A stretch of DNA of 64,000 nucleotides, from contig BFEA01000035.1 of NCBI GenBank assembly GCA_003427395.1, positions 2,803,297 through 2,867,296 on the forward strand, read 5' to 3'. The notes below the pieces were generated by a model that worked only from the letters and a program-made list of their open reading frames with translations, had not been told where the DNA came from and did not search any database. Made by a program: the position numbers and the translations under genes. Position 1 is the stretch's first letter. Every line of letters begins with the position of its first letter. The DNA comes from Chara braunii. Lineage: Eukaryota; Plantae; Charophyceae. Of the stretch, positions 1 to 12,313 are shown in pieces.

Positions 1-38
<38 letters not shown>

Positions 39-44
39 TGATGG

Positions 45-85
<41 letters not shown>

Positions 86-291
86 CAAGTACGGGAAGAG
101 TGTTTGCCAACTGTAGGACTTCTTACTGTGTTGAAGGCTTCCATCAGAGCTGCTCAGTAAAGCTCAACAAAGACCACTTCGACATCCATACCAGGCTAAC
201 CACACACACAATTACAATGAACTCCTGTGGGTGTTTGGGTGCATGCACGTGTGTGTGTGTGTGTGGAGGAGGGGGAGAGGGGGGGGGCGGG

Positions 292-325
292 CTCTTATAC
301 ACATCTAGATGTGTATAAGAGACAG
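292..325. other. Nextera mate-pair junction adapter (Tn5 mosaic-end palindrome), assembly contaminant
   Basis: CTCTTATACACATCT-AGATGTGTATAAGAGACAG matches two head-to-head Tn5 mosaic ends, with the left end truncated. Confidence 0.95.
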
Positions 326-576
326 AAATAAGGGCCCGTAGGGGCTAAGCGGGCGTAGCCTCGCAAAAGGCATTGCTGATGCAAAACAAATGCTAAAAAT
401 AACCCTGCAGACCCCGCTCTGTGAGCATTTTGCAAGGTCAATCTGTGGTGATATGAAAACATCGCGATCTTTCGAACCCATTATGGTCACTGACGGTGAC
501 TAACCCAAAAAGAAAAAGAAAAGAAAAAGGTATGGTCACCGACCAAGTCCTACACTTGGGGACAACAGGGACAGAG

Positions 577-622
577 TTTGAAACCGATAGCAAAAATCGG
601 GGGTTCAAATCCCTCTCCATCC
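577..622 (+). pseudogene. Possible 3' half of an organellar tRNA-Ser(UGA)
   Basis: TTTGAAACCGATAG...TCGGGGGTTCAAATCCCTCTCCATCC resembles the anticodon, variable arm and T-arm of plant mitochondrial trnS; no 5' half is visible. Confidence 0.35.
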
Positions 623-1562
623 CTTCATGTATGTTCATTTACGGATAATGAATTCAGTACTGAAAATGATTATCAAGGAAGCTCTACTCCATATGAGGCA
701 AACACGTGGGATGATGTCAGTGCAACGCTGGCAGTTGCTTCTACTATGCAACAGCCAGACCGAAAGGAGAGCCCTTCCGAGCAATATCGCATGCAATGGT
801 GTTGATAAAAAAAAATGTGCAATGGTGTTGAGACTCTTGAGAGAAGAATTTTGTATCTCCTGACATCGAAAAAGGTGGAATAGTTCTTAGTACTCCTTAC
901 GCACCAAGGGAAAATTGTGGTGATAAGGAAGGTAACAGATACGCAAGGTGTTTATGACACAACAGGTCAGTTGCTATCAAACTACCGAGACCACACCGCT
1001 CATGCTCTTTGATTTTCTTTGCAACAATTCCTTCTTATTCTGGGGGCGGAGCCGCAACAGGTAATGTATGAGTGGATTATGCACCTTGCCACCTTTTGTC
1101 GGAAGATGCACCCACCATTTTTCATGGTTCGTAGGTAGTGCGGCAAGGCGCATTGATTGGCGTCGAGGTGTGTGTGTATCTTTCACCTGATAGCTTGGTA
1201 CACTTGTCTGCACTAACACTAAGGAGAAGGACATGGGAATGCATGGGATGACAGTTTCAGTGGGAAAGAGGTCAACACCAACAGTAATCATGTGCGATGA
1301 ACTATGAACTCCTTGATTGCATGTCTGTTGCGGTACAGTTCATCGGACACGATTTATGTAGTGCCTGTTTCAGTGGAATGAGGACAACACTGACAGTAGT
1401 TGTGTCCGATGAACTAGGTGAATCGGAAATGTGATCTCCTTGATTGACATTTATGTAGTGCCTGTTTCCGCTGACACGAAAGTACAATCATGTGCACCAA
1501 ATCAAAATGTGTTGGAATCTGTATTCGATCCAATGCATGAGTCAAAGATATATTGTCAAAAG

Positions 1563-2036
1563 CAGTGTTGCATACCCCGGCGGTCGGCGCCCCTTGACTG
1601 GTCAACTGCCGACCAGCCGACCGGTCGGCTGGGTCATTGGCACCCGGCCAAAAAAAAAAAAAAAAAAAAAAAACATTCCCATATTTTTTTCCTGGGAGTC
1701 CATAAACCCCCCAATAACCCCACCAGCACCCCCATACCCGCCCCCAATACCCCCATACACCCCCCCACCCCCCCAAACCGCCCCCCAACACTACCCCCTT
1801 TACCACCCCTATACCCCGCCCCCAAACCCCCCATCACCCCCTCCAACCCCAAAAGTTTCTCAGCGGATTTGGGCTGTACTCAGCAAGCGCAGTACAGCCC
1901 CCATCTCAGATTTGGAAAAGGAATCAGTGGATGGCTGTTTTCTGACTGGTCGGCAGACCGCCGACCAGTCGGTCCCACTGGTAGGCTACAAAACGGTCGG
2001 CGGTTGGGGTCGGCTGTTGGCAGGTGTGCAACTGTG
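1563..2036. mobile_element. hAT-type MITE
   Basis: Imperfect TIR CAGTGTTGCATACC / GGTGTGCAACTGTG. Flanks GTCAAAAG and GTTGAAAG are both derivable from an 8-bp TSD GTCGAAAG by CpG decay. Subterminal GTCGG/CCGAC motifs. Confidence 0.7.
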
Positions 2037-3225
2037 GTTGAAAGGAGGGGAAATAACTGGAGGCCCGTGGAGGGGAAAATAACTGCACATTTCTTAATTC
2101 ATCGTGCTTTTGCCTTTTAGCATCATGTGGATCAGTATGTGCTATTGGGATGGTGCTATGTTTGAACTTTTACAACCGTGTTCATGCTTCCAAGCTCAAA
2201 CATAGCACCACCAGGGCGGGCCCCTAAGTATGCGGATGGGTATGAAGTAGTCAAACCTATTCGACCAACAACAAGGTCAGGCCATGGTAACGTTCCCCTA
2301 TGTAAGCTCCCCTATGGAATAACCAGTCGGGCATGGCAATGATTACGTCAAACCTCTAGGGGTACCAGTGCAACTTGCTAGCTTCAGGCTGTAGCCAGTA
2401 GCTTGGAATATTGCGAACGCCTGTGATTGCTGCGGTAATAATACCCATGCCTTCAATTTGGGGAATGTTGCCTGCTGTCTTGCAGACACAGATCTAAAAC
2501 CTTCTAGATATCTGCGGGTGTCCCGCACCTTATCTTCCTTCCAGTGGTGTGCAGCGCACAGCAGAGGTCATCCAAGCTCAGGCTCGTCTGATGTCATGCT
2601 AGCCGAGGAAGAGTCAAGCGTGTATGCCGTGCTCATTACTGCTTCTTTGCCATTGCTCACCATTGTAAAGAGGGACTAAACCGAAACATACAGCACTTCA
2701 AGTTGCTGCTTATTTATTATGTGTGATTGTACTTCTGCCTGACCTGCAGTTGTTTACCCTACGTCTACATTTCCTTACACCCTGCCTCTGCAAACCGACT
2801 GTCAAGGTCTTGTGACGCTTATCGGTACGGTTGTATATCCTACTTCTACATGTCTGCCTATCGTTGTACAGTTGTGTATGGGGAGCCTTGACGGCCTGCA
2901 TAATCCCAACCGGTGCTTTACGACAACAACAACAAAAAAAAAAGACAAAAAGAAAGAAACTGTTCTCATGCTAGCTTAGAGCCAAGAGAATGGCACCCCT
3001 CCTCACTGCCCCTAAATTCACCTCCTTCGTCTCACTGATATCTGGGCTTTCCTGCCCCTCTGTCTAGTGACATGGTCTGGGAGATGTGATCGTCCTTCTC
3101 CATCTCCCTGCTTTCACTGTACAGCTCATATCTGAATCCAAATTATTCTTGCTGTCCTTCCATTTTTGTTCCTTGGTAATATTCGCACCGAAAGTCACCG
3201 AGGGTCGCAGTAGTATTTGTAACCT

Positions 3226-3288
<63 letters not shown>

Positions 3289-4288
3289 NNNNNNNNNNNN
3301 NNNNNNNNNNNNNNNNNNNNNNNNNNNNNNNNNNNNNNNNNNNNNNNNNNNNNNNNNNNNNNNNNNNNNNNNNNNNNNNNNNNNNNNNNNNNNNNNNNNN
3401 NNNNNNNNNNNNNNNNNNNNNNNNNNNNNNNNNNNNNNNNNNNNNNNNNNNNNNNNNNNNNNNNNNNNNNNNNNNNNNNNNNNNNNNNNNNNNNNNNNNN
3501 NNNNNNNNNNNNNNNNNNNNNNNNNNNNNNNNNNNNNNNNNNNNNNNNNNNNNNNNNNNNNNNNNNNNNNNNNNNNNNNNNNNNNNNNNNNNNNNNNNNN
3601 NNNNNNNNNNNNNNNNNNNNNNNNNNNNNNNNNNNNNNNNNNNNNNNNNNNNNNNNNNNNNNNNNNNNNNNNNNNNNNNNNNNNNNNNNNNNNNNNNNNN
3701 NNNNNNNNNNNNNNNNNNNNNNNNNNNNNNNNNNNNNNNNNNNNNNNNNNNNNNNNNNNNNNNNNNNNNNNNNNNNNNNNNNNNNNNNNNNNNNNNNNNN
3801 NNNNNNNNNNNNNNNNNNNNNNNNNNNNNNNNNNNNNNNNNNNNNNNNNNNNNNNNNNNNNNNNNNNNNNNNNNNNNNNNNNNNNNNNNNNNNNNNNNNN
3901 NNNNNNNNNNNNNNNNNNNNNNNNNNNNNNNNNNNNNNNNNNNNNNNNNNNNNNNNNNNNNNNNNNNNNNNNNNNNNNNNNNNNNNNNNNNNNNNNNNNN
4001 NNNNNNNNNNNNNNNNNNNNNNNNNNNNNNNNNNNNNNNNNNNNNNNNNNNNNNNNNNNNNNNNNNNNNNNNNNNNNNNNNNNNNNNNNNNNNNNNNNNN
4101 NNNNNNNNNNNNNNNNNNNNNNNNNNNNNNNNNNNNNNNNNNNNNNNNNNNNNNNNNNNNNNNNNNNNNNNNNNNNNNNNNNNNNNNNNNNNNNNNNNNN
4201 NNNNNNNNNNNNNNNNNNNNNNNNNNNNNNNNNNNNNNNNNNNNNNNNNNNNNNNNNNNNNNNNNNNNNNNNNNNNNNNNNNNNNNNN

Positions 4289-4323
<35 letters not shown>

Positions 4324-5113
4324 TGTGTGCTCGCAACCATGTGTTTGCATGATTGTTTGCACACTACCTGATTGGTCTCCTTTCGGTGCTTTCTGCCGTA
4401 GATCTAGAGACCTGGAGCCATGGACTTCTTCGGTGTGCAGTCCTCTCAGGGACTTCCAACACAAATGTGTAGCCCTGTCAAGGACTTCTATTGTGGTAAA
4501 ATGTTAAGAGAACTTGAGGCAATTTTGGTGATTTCTGCAGTGAGTGGACCCAAGCAGAGTACGAACCGATCATGAGTTGCAGCTCCATTCTCTTGCAGTC
4601 GCTTACCAAAGCAACTGCCGGTTGTCATCACTGTTCATCTGCTGCTGTCAGCTGTTCCGTCACCATGGTATTGCAGTTATTTCAACTTATTTGGTTATTT
4701 GACGTATCAATAAACCAAAAATTCTAAGCATGAATAGGAGGGTGGAGAGGCGGCAATACCGACCCCGCCATCAGCTTGCGCACGGTTCTCTGGAGCATCA
4801 TGAGGGAGGGCCTGCAGGGGCCACTACTATTGACACTGATAGGATAGCAGATCTGGCAGCACATCATCAATGCATGCATTTCTAAACGTCTTCCTCTCAG
4901 GTTCTTTCTCCGATCAAAGCGATCATTACTGCCAGAGTCACAACCTCTTTCCCCCAAGAACCCCTCTCACATGGGCTCATCTCCCGAATCCGTCTCTTCG
5001 TCTGGCTCCACTGCCCTCTCACCCTCTCTTTCCATTTTGCCCAAATTGTGTCCCTCTGGAGAAGCAGCACTGGGAGGAGCGTCGGGGAAGGAGAGGAGGA
5101 GGGATTGTCAAAC

Positions 5114-7009
5114 ATGTCGGATAACAGGCAGGGATATCGTAGTGGTATGGCAAGTGGTAATGTGCGCCGGGGGTCAAGAAGAAGACATGGAACATGTAGT
5201 CTGCGCCATCAGTCGAATGGTCATCCCATCTTGGAGATTGGTCTGTGGAGGAGAGGGGTAGAGGCAAATTCACTCACAGGAGCTCAGAGGTGGGAAGGGG
5301 TTGGCATATCAGGTGGGGAGGTAAGCGTACTAAGCGGTAGTGGTGTCGAACTTTCAGTGGAAGGAAAGATTCAGAATGCTGATGCCGTCTCGATGAGTAA
5401 AATTGCGAATTCTGCGTTGCTCTTCATTGCGAAAGTGATTGTGATTTTAGCGGCAAAAACATTTGCTACGTCGGCATGGCCATACTTTAGAGTCCTGTCT
5501 CTTGCCAATCTCAAAGTCCAGCCACTCGCAGTCCTTCTCCCTCCACCGGCGAAGGTGGCAGCAAAACCATTTGCAATGTTTAGCACACCTATGCTTGTGC
5601 TGTCGCTTGCCGCTCCCGTTGTCCGCAGATCTTTTCCAGATCTGTGGCGTACACTTCGATACTGGCGTAGATTACTTCCAATTTATGGTGGCTACATGAG
5701 GACTAAATACGAGGCACGAAACAAGGTGCCCGAGAGGAGGGAGGAGTTGTGGGCTGAGAGGCATGAGTGGGGTGGGGAGAAGGTGTATCGACTTGTTCTC
5801 GAGATGAGTGGCTTCTACGTGAAGTCGGCCCAAGTGCTTGCTTCGAAAGGTGATTTCATGCCCCAAGCGTGGACCAGGCGTCTGTCCACATTATTTGATG
5901 ATGCTCCTCCCAGACCTTTTACGGAGGTTGCACGGTCGATTGAACATCAGCTGGAAGTCTGTGCTGAAGGAGAGGCATTGCTGGCTTCAGGTCAGGGAAA
6001 GGGATTATTAGTTAAGGCTGTCTTTCGCGAGGTGGAAGAAACGGCACTTGCGTCCGCGTCGATCGCCCAAGTCCATCGTGCCATCTTGAAGGATGGAACG
6101 CCTGTCGTCGTGAAGATCCAGCACCTTGGGATGGACATAGTCATGCACTCGGACCTTCGAAACATTGGCAGGGTCGCAAGGTTTCTGCGCAAGCAGCTTC
6201 CGTTCGATTTGACCCCTGTTGTAAAGGAGATTCAAACCACCATTCCTCTGGAGTTTGACTTCTTACGGGAGGTTTCCTTTATGAATACCATTGGTTCGAA
6301 CCTGAAAAGGAACGGCGTGGTGGATGTTGTCTGCCCTCGTCCCTGGAAGGAGCTGTGCGCGCCTCAAATGATTGTGATGGAGCGAATTGACGGGGTTCCA
6401 TTCACTCAAATCATCAATCCGCAATCGGGCCCACACCTCAGGGCGAAGGTCCCAATTGCAGTGAAAGCTTTCACTCACCTAGTCGACGCCTATGGCCTGA
6501 TGATTTTCATTGATGGGGTATTTCATGCGGACCCCCATCCTGGAAATCTCCTTCTCCTTGAGGATGGGAGGATGGGTTTGCTGGATTTTGGTCAGAGCAA
6601 GGTCCTGGACGAGCAGACGAGGAGGCAGTTAGCTCAAGTTGTTGTTGCGCTTGCCGACGGAGATGTTGATAGCATTCTTGAAGCCGTGAACGATGCTGGC
6701 ATGATCTTCAAGAACATCGACGGAGGCATGCCTGACAAAGACGCGGTGGTGAAAATGGCGTACATAATGTTCGACACGCGGTTCCTTGCGGAAGCATTGG
6801 TATCGCCAATGTGCGATGACCATATGGTTAGGAAAACACCTCTCGCATCCTTCAATCAGGCACTATGGTTGGTCGTGCGCACACTCATGATAATGAGGGG
6901 TCTGACGAACATGCTGCAGGTTGACCTATCAGCAGTCAACATCTGGCAGCCTTATGCGAAAGCTGTTCTGGAGGGGAAGGCCAATCCCATACCCCTCAAC
7001 TTAACATAA
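5114..7009 (+). CDS. ABC1/UbiB-family atypical protein kinase (ABC1K), intronless; start codon uncertain
   Basis: Uninterrupted ORF with ABC1K motifs GFYVKSAQ, LASASIAQVH, VVVKIQ, EFDFLRE, FHADPHPGN, LLDFG. WRTLRYWRR..IYGGY..WAERHE recalls the At4g24810/At5g50330-type clade (from memory). First in-frame ATG is at 5114; recognisable homology begins near 5640. Confidence 0.92.
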   Translation: MSDNRQGYRSGMASGNVRRGSRRRHGTCSLRHQSNGHPILEIGLWRRGVEANSLTGAQRWEGVGISGGEVSVLSGSGVELSVEGKIQNADAVSMSKIANSALLFIAKVIVILAAKTFATSAWPYFRVLSLANLKVQPLAVLLPPPAKVAAKPFAMFSTPMLVLSLAAPVVRRSFPDLWRTLRYWRRLLPIYGGYMRTKYEARNKVPERREELWAERHEWGGEKVYRLVLEMSGFYVKSAQVLASKGDFMPQAWTRRLSTLFDDAPPRPFTEVARSIEHQLEVCAEGEALLASGQGKGLLVKAVFREVEETALASASIAQVHRAILKDGTPVVVKIQHLGMDIVMHSDLRNIGRVARFLRKQLPFDLTPVVKEIQTTIPLEFDFLREVSFMNTIGSNLKRNGVVDVVCPRPWKELCAPQMIVMERIDGVPFTQIINPQSGPHLRAKVPIAVKAFTHLVDAYGLMIFIDGVFHADPHPGNLLLLEDGRMGLLDFGQSKVLDEQTRRQLAQVVVALADGDVDSILEAVNDAGMIFKNIDGGMPDKDAVVKMAYIMFDTRFLAEALVSPMCDDHMVRKTPLASFNQALWLVVRTLMIMRGLTNMLQVDLSAVNIWQPYAKAVLEGKANPIPLNLT

Positions 7010-7450
7010 TCAGTATGCCTGTCTGCTCTGTATGGGTTCTTGGAGCGTACCAAGGGAGGAGAAGGGCTTAGAAGGGTGCAATTTTTTTCTTTTTCTCTTT
7101 CTTTTTTGCTTTTTTTCATTTCCGTCAAGTGACAGAATGCGCCACAGATTGCTGTCAGCCTTATGAGCTGTTGTGTAGGGCAAGGCCAACACCATACCCC
7201 TCAACAGAACATAATCAGTATGCCTGTCTGCTCTGTATGGGTTCTTGGAGCGTACCAACGGAGGAGGGGGGCTTAGGAGGGCACAAGTTTTTTTTCCCTC
7301 TTTCCTTTTTACTTTTTTTTGTCCTTTCCGTCAAGCGATAGCATGCGCCACAGATTGCTGGCAGCCTTGTGCAAAAGCTGTTCTGGAGGGCAAGGCCAAC
7401 CCCATACCCCTCACTATAATCAGTATGCCTTGTCTGCTGTATGGTTCTTC
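6944..7450 (+). repeat. About 205-bp tandem triplication covering the last codons, stop and 3' UTR of the kinase
   Basis: CTGGCAGCCTT..GCTGTTCTGGAGGG..AAGGCCAA..CCATACCCCTCA..ATAATCAGTATGCCT recurs at about 6944, 7152 and 7357. Confidence 0.85.
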
Positions 7451-8074
7451 TTGCATTTTTTTCTCTTTTTCTTTTCCCCATTCTCTCAGGTAATCTATGT
7501 GCCACTGTGATCTGAGTTCAGGGGGAGCTCCCACGGGATTGCGCATGTTGTTCCTCTGAATAGAACACCGGGTCGTTACATTCAGTCAGAGCTTCAGAAT
7601 GATTTGAGGCCAGATACACAAATAATAACCCCCTGCTCTATCCGGGGGAAGGCTGAAGCTAGACGAGATATTTTATCAAACATAACCCCGTGCACCATCC
7701 AAGAATATGATGTGCTAGATCTTTTAGTTCCCCTTCCCTACCCCCCCNACCCCCCCNNCCCCCCCNCCCCCCCCNCCCCCCCNCCCCCCNCCCCCACCCT
7801 TCCGTTTCGTCCTCTTCTTTATTTCACTCTCTTTTTTTTGGCCCGATGGACCACGGAATCACTAGTGTTGCCGTCTTTTCTTTTTCTTTTGGAGCTAGAT
7901 CTTTTTCTTTTTTTTGGCCCGATGGACCACGGAATCACTAGTGTTGCCGTCTTTTCTTTTTCTTCTTTTTTGTACGATCTTTCCTTGGCCACAACTCATA
8001 GCGACGACACCTGTATTGTTTACAAACCTTTTGTTTTTCTTCTCTTTTTGTTGTTGTTGCAAGACTGTTAAGAT

Positions 8075-8596
8075 CTAGGCTGGACCATCGCCTGGCCAGG
8101 CATGCCCGGGCCAGCTGGGCCGGGGGGGATCACCCGGCAAAACCAGCAGGTGGGTCAAAAAAGAGGGAAGGATCTCCAAAAAAAAGAAACTGACTTCAGA
8201 ACAGTACTGCGCTCGGCCTGAGCAGTCAGAATCCGGCCTTCCTTGCATTTCGGTGGTGCGTCTTCCAGAGGGGTGTTTGGGGGTTATAACGTTACTCTCA
8301 ACATTGACTAGAGGGGTTTAAAAGGGTATATCTTACCTCATTTCTCCTCATTTATTTTTATCTTAAAATTAATAAAGAATTTCGAGGGGACCCTCAGCCA
8401 AAGTTTGCTTCTACTGCAATTTTACACAACATATTTTTTTTCCAGTTTTTTTTTGAAATTTTCGAATTTTATTATTTTTTTTAATATTATGCGCTGGGGC
8501 TGCCCGGGACCCTGCCCGGCCACTGCCCGGCCCGGGCCGCCCGGGAGGGTACCCAGGCGACCTTCCCCCAGCCGGGCTGACTGGGGACCAGCCTAG
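8075..8596. mobile_element. hAT-type MITE
   Basis: TIR CTAGGCTGGACC / GGACCAGCCTAG; perfect 8-bp TSD GTTAAGAT (8067-8074 and 8597-8604); CCCGGG-rich subtermini. Confidence 0.9.
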
Positions 8597-8879
8597 GTTA
8601 AGATTAAGATTAGGCAAGGCAATAATTTTAGTGTGTTCCATTTGGCAAAAGGGCGTAGGTCTTAAAGTGCCAGTGCGGCAGACCTTAAAAAATTGCCGAA
8701 CCTATTTTTTTTTCCCACTGCCCTTACATTGAAGTGTGGCCCGCTTGTATACGGCCTGAAGTTGTGGAGGAGGGGGCTCGTACTGGTGGTTAATGCGTTT
8801 ACGCCGCCACATCCATCATTTTTACTGGGGGACTTTCGGACCACCATAGTGTATGCTTTTGTGCGCTGTGACCGATTCC

Positions 8880-9530
8880 ATGGGTCTGGGTTTTGTGCAT
8901 GTACTTGAGGATCTGCCGACTCTTTGTTTGGACTTTGTGGGACACTACGATCTTGATCTTGCCTTGGGTCTGGGTCCTCTTGTTTTGGGTACTTCGGGTC
9001 TCTCTGCTCTGTCATCTGGGTCTAGGTCTGGGTCTGGTTCCTCTTGGTTGCCCTCCTCTTGGCCTTTCTGGGTCTTGGTCTGGGATCGTACTCTGGTATA
9101 TATGGGACTTTTGCATGTGAATCTGGCTCCAGGTCTGGGTCCGATTCCTCTCGTTTGGCTCCCTTGGGTCTTTAGGGGACTCTGACATCTTGGTCTTGGT
9201 CTGCATTTGGGTCTGGGTCATCTTGGTTTGGGTCTGCTGTCACAGTGCCCCCTTGGGACTCGAGTCCGGGACATTGACATCTAGGCTTGGTCTGGGGTTG
9301 TATTTTTCTTGGTCAGAGCCGTGTGGTCTTTATGGGACTTCGGCATCCGGTTCTGGCTCCGGTTCTGGGTCTGATTCCTCTCGGTTTGGCTCCCTCGGGT
9401 GTCTAGGGGACTCTGACATCTGGCTCTTGGTCTGCATTTGGGTCTGGGTTCTCTTGCTTTGGGTTCTCTGTGTCTCTTTGGGACTCTAAGTCTGGGTCTC
9501 AGTCCGAGTCCGGGTCTGACTTTCTCTTGA
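8880..9530. repeat. Degenerate TCTGGG/TCTTGG-rich minisatellite with about 230-bp higher-order repeat
   Basis: GATTCCTCTCG.TTTGGCTCCC..GGGGACTCTGACATC..CTGCATTTGGGTCTGGGT at about 9143 and 9373. Confidence 0.7.
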
Positions 9531-9624
<94 letters not shown>

Positions 9625-10134
9625 NNNNNNNNNNNNNNNNNNNNNNNNNNNNNNNNNNNNNNNNNNNNNNNNNNNNNNNNNNNNNNNNNNNNNNNNNNNN
9701 NNNNNNNNNNNNNNNNNNNNNNNNNNNNNNNNNNNNNNNNNNNNNNNNNNNNNNNNNNNNNNNNNNNNNNNNNNNNNNNNNNNNNNNNNNNNNNNNNNNN
9801 NNNNNNNNNNNNNNNNNNNNNNNNNNNNNNNNNNNNNNNNNNNNNNNNNNNNNNNNNNNNNNNNNNNNNNNNNNNNNNNNNNNNNNNNNNNNNNNNNNNN
9901 NNNNNNNNNNNNNNNNNNNNNNNNNNNNNNNNNNNNNNNNNNNNNNNNNNNNNNNNNNNNNNNNNNNNNNNNNNNNNNNNNNNNNNNNNNNNNNNNNNNN
10001 NNNNNNNNNNNNNNNNNNNNNNNNNNNNNNNNNNNNNNNNNNNNNNNNNNNNNNNNNNNNNNNNNNNNNNNNNNNNNNNNNNNNNNNNNNNNNNNNNNNN
10101 NNNNNNNNNNNNNNNNNNNNNNNNNNNNNNNNNN

Positions 10135-10204
<70 letters not shown>

Positions 10205-10248
10205 CTAGCCATGCACGCAAAGAGATAGAGACAAGCTACTTCCAGCGG

Positions 10249-10450
10249 AACTTATGAAGACGATGGTCAACCACTGCGCCTGGCCCCCTGCGACGTCAGA
10301 CACCGATCAACATTAGACACTGACTGCAGCAAACTTACGAAGAGGATGGTCAACCACTGCGCCTGGCCCCGTGCGATGTCAACTTGCGAGGACGATGACC
10401 AGCGAACTTATGAAGACGATGGTCAACCAATGCACGTGGCGCCCTGCGAC
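10249..10450. repeat. Three-copy short tandem repeat
   Basis: AACTTA(T/C)GAAGA(C/G)GATGGTCAACCA.TGC.C.TGGC.CC at about 10250, 10332 and 10405. Confidence 0.7.
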
Positions 10451-11999
10451 GAGGATGCTACCGACCCCCCCCCCCGGACTACTGAGCTCATCTCCCGACA
10501 CCGCGTGCGGGTACTGAACCGCTGTGCCTGGGCGGACCGCTGAGCCCGCCTCCCGAAACAATCCACTGCGTGCAGCGCCGCAATTTCCCTGGCCCTCACT
10601 GCCCACGTCCCGCTGCTGCGCCGCACATCAATTTTCGTTTCATTTTGTTTTTTTTCCATCCTGGGCTTGGCACCCGAGGTCCCAAACCTGGAAACCGGGT
10701 CTGGTGCCGGCGTCACACGACACCCGACTTTTCCTTTAGTAGTATAAAATAATGTATATATATGTAGATATGTAGATATGTAGATACGTAGATGTAGATG
10801 TAGATGTAGAAAAGACCCATGAAGATTCCGGCACAGTGAATGGACGAAACGTAGGGTCAGCCGCCGTTCGCTTGACATGGATATCGAGTCATATCGACAC
10901 TATGGGCACGACGCGTACATACGGTTCAAGCCTTTGATAGCTGTTGTTGAATTTGTTAATTTCGTAAACGATTGGTCGCATTCGGGAGTAAATCTGACGT
11001 GTCTCCGTTTCCATGTGTTTGCTGAACTTTGCTCTCGTCTGCTGTCCTATGTCTGTCTCTCTGGTCTGATGTCAGGTGTCTTCTCGCTTTGACCTTTCTA
11101 TGAATGCCGTTGTCCTTGTCATCACCCTGTTTGCTGTTTCACGTCTTGAATCTTCTCGCTTTGACTTTGGTTCTACGAATGCCGCATCCTGTTTTGCAAT
11201 GGTAGAATTTACGACGTTCGATCATGTTTGAGAGGCTTAGCCAAAGCACCCTAGGCTTAACCTGGTGGCTCCAGCGGCTACGAAAGCCTGAGAGAGATCT
11301 GGGTCCATCAGACTCAGAGAAGAGATGGGACAGGGTGCTGAGCAGAGGGGCATGCTTTTCGGGGAACGAGCAGAGATTGTTATTTCATTCATTCATGAAT
11401 ATAACTACGGAAGGTCAGCATAAGAAAAAGGGGGAAATCTGCTCCTATTGTCCAGTTGGCTTGCTCCTCTCCCGGCCCTGTTCAAACCCCTGCGTGGCGC
11501 GTTTAAAAGTGCCACGAGGCAAGAGACGGTAGAAATCTGAACGTGCTGCTCCTGCCAGCGCGCGTGCACCAAAGCTTCACCTGGGGGTCCGAGGCGCTTA
11601 GGGGGAAAAAACGAAGTGTCCTCTGCTGACACACACACACACACAAACGTCTTGAAGTTTTTTTTGTTTCTTCTTCTTCTTCTTTTATTTGTTTCTTTCG
11701 TTTTTGTTCTTGTTTCTGGGGTCCCGCACCCCTTCATGGCCACCCACAACCCCTCCCCTGGTGCAAATCAATCATACAATCATACAATCAATCAATCAAT
11801 CAATCGATATTGATTGATTGATTGANNNNNNNNNNNNNNNNNNNNNNNNNNNNNNNNNNNNNNNNNNNNNNNNNNNNNNNNNNNNNNNNNNNNNNNNNNN
11901 NNNNNNNNNNNNNNNNNNNNNNNNNNNNNNNNNNNNNNNNNNNNNNNNNNNNNNNNNNNNNNNNNNNNNNNNNNNNNNNNNNNNNNNNNNNNCACACGT

Positions 12000-12006
12000 G
12001 CACAGT

Positions 12007-12064
<58 letters not shown>

Positions 12065-12276
12065 GCGCGCGCACACACACGCGCACACATCCCATTTTTT
12101 TCACTTTTCCATTGTCCCACCCCCCCCCCCGCCCCCTCCTTCGTTTAGTTTCTTTCGTTCTTTATTCTTTTCTGGGGTCGGGGTGGTGCCCGGGCCCTTT
12201 CATGACCACCCATTACCCCTTCAAGGATAGAGGGATCAATCAATCAATATCGAGCTTTTTTTTTTGAACATTTTTA

Positions 12277-12313
<37 letters not shown>

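Noticed and set aside
3064-4507. Long ORFs spanning N gaps (also about 9470-10228, 16663-17322, 51005-51662, 61005-61702)
   Set aside because: They are made of X residues and microsatellite translations
2343-4870. Possible minus-strand multi-exon gene diverging from the ABC1 kinase
   Set aside because: No recognisable protein motifs, and splice sites cannot be supported across the gap
7835-7960. Exact direct repeat of about 45 bp
   Set aside because: Local duplication next to low-quality poly-C/N sequence; no further structure
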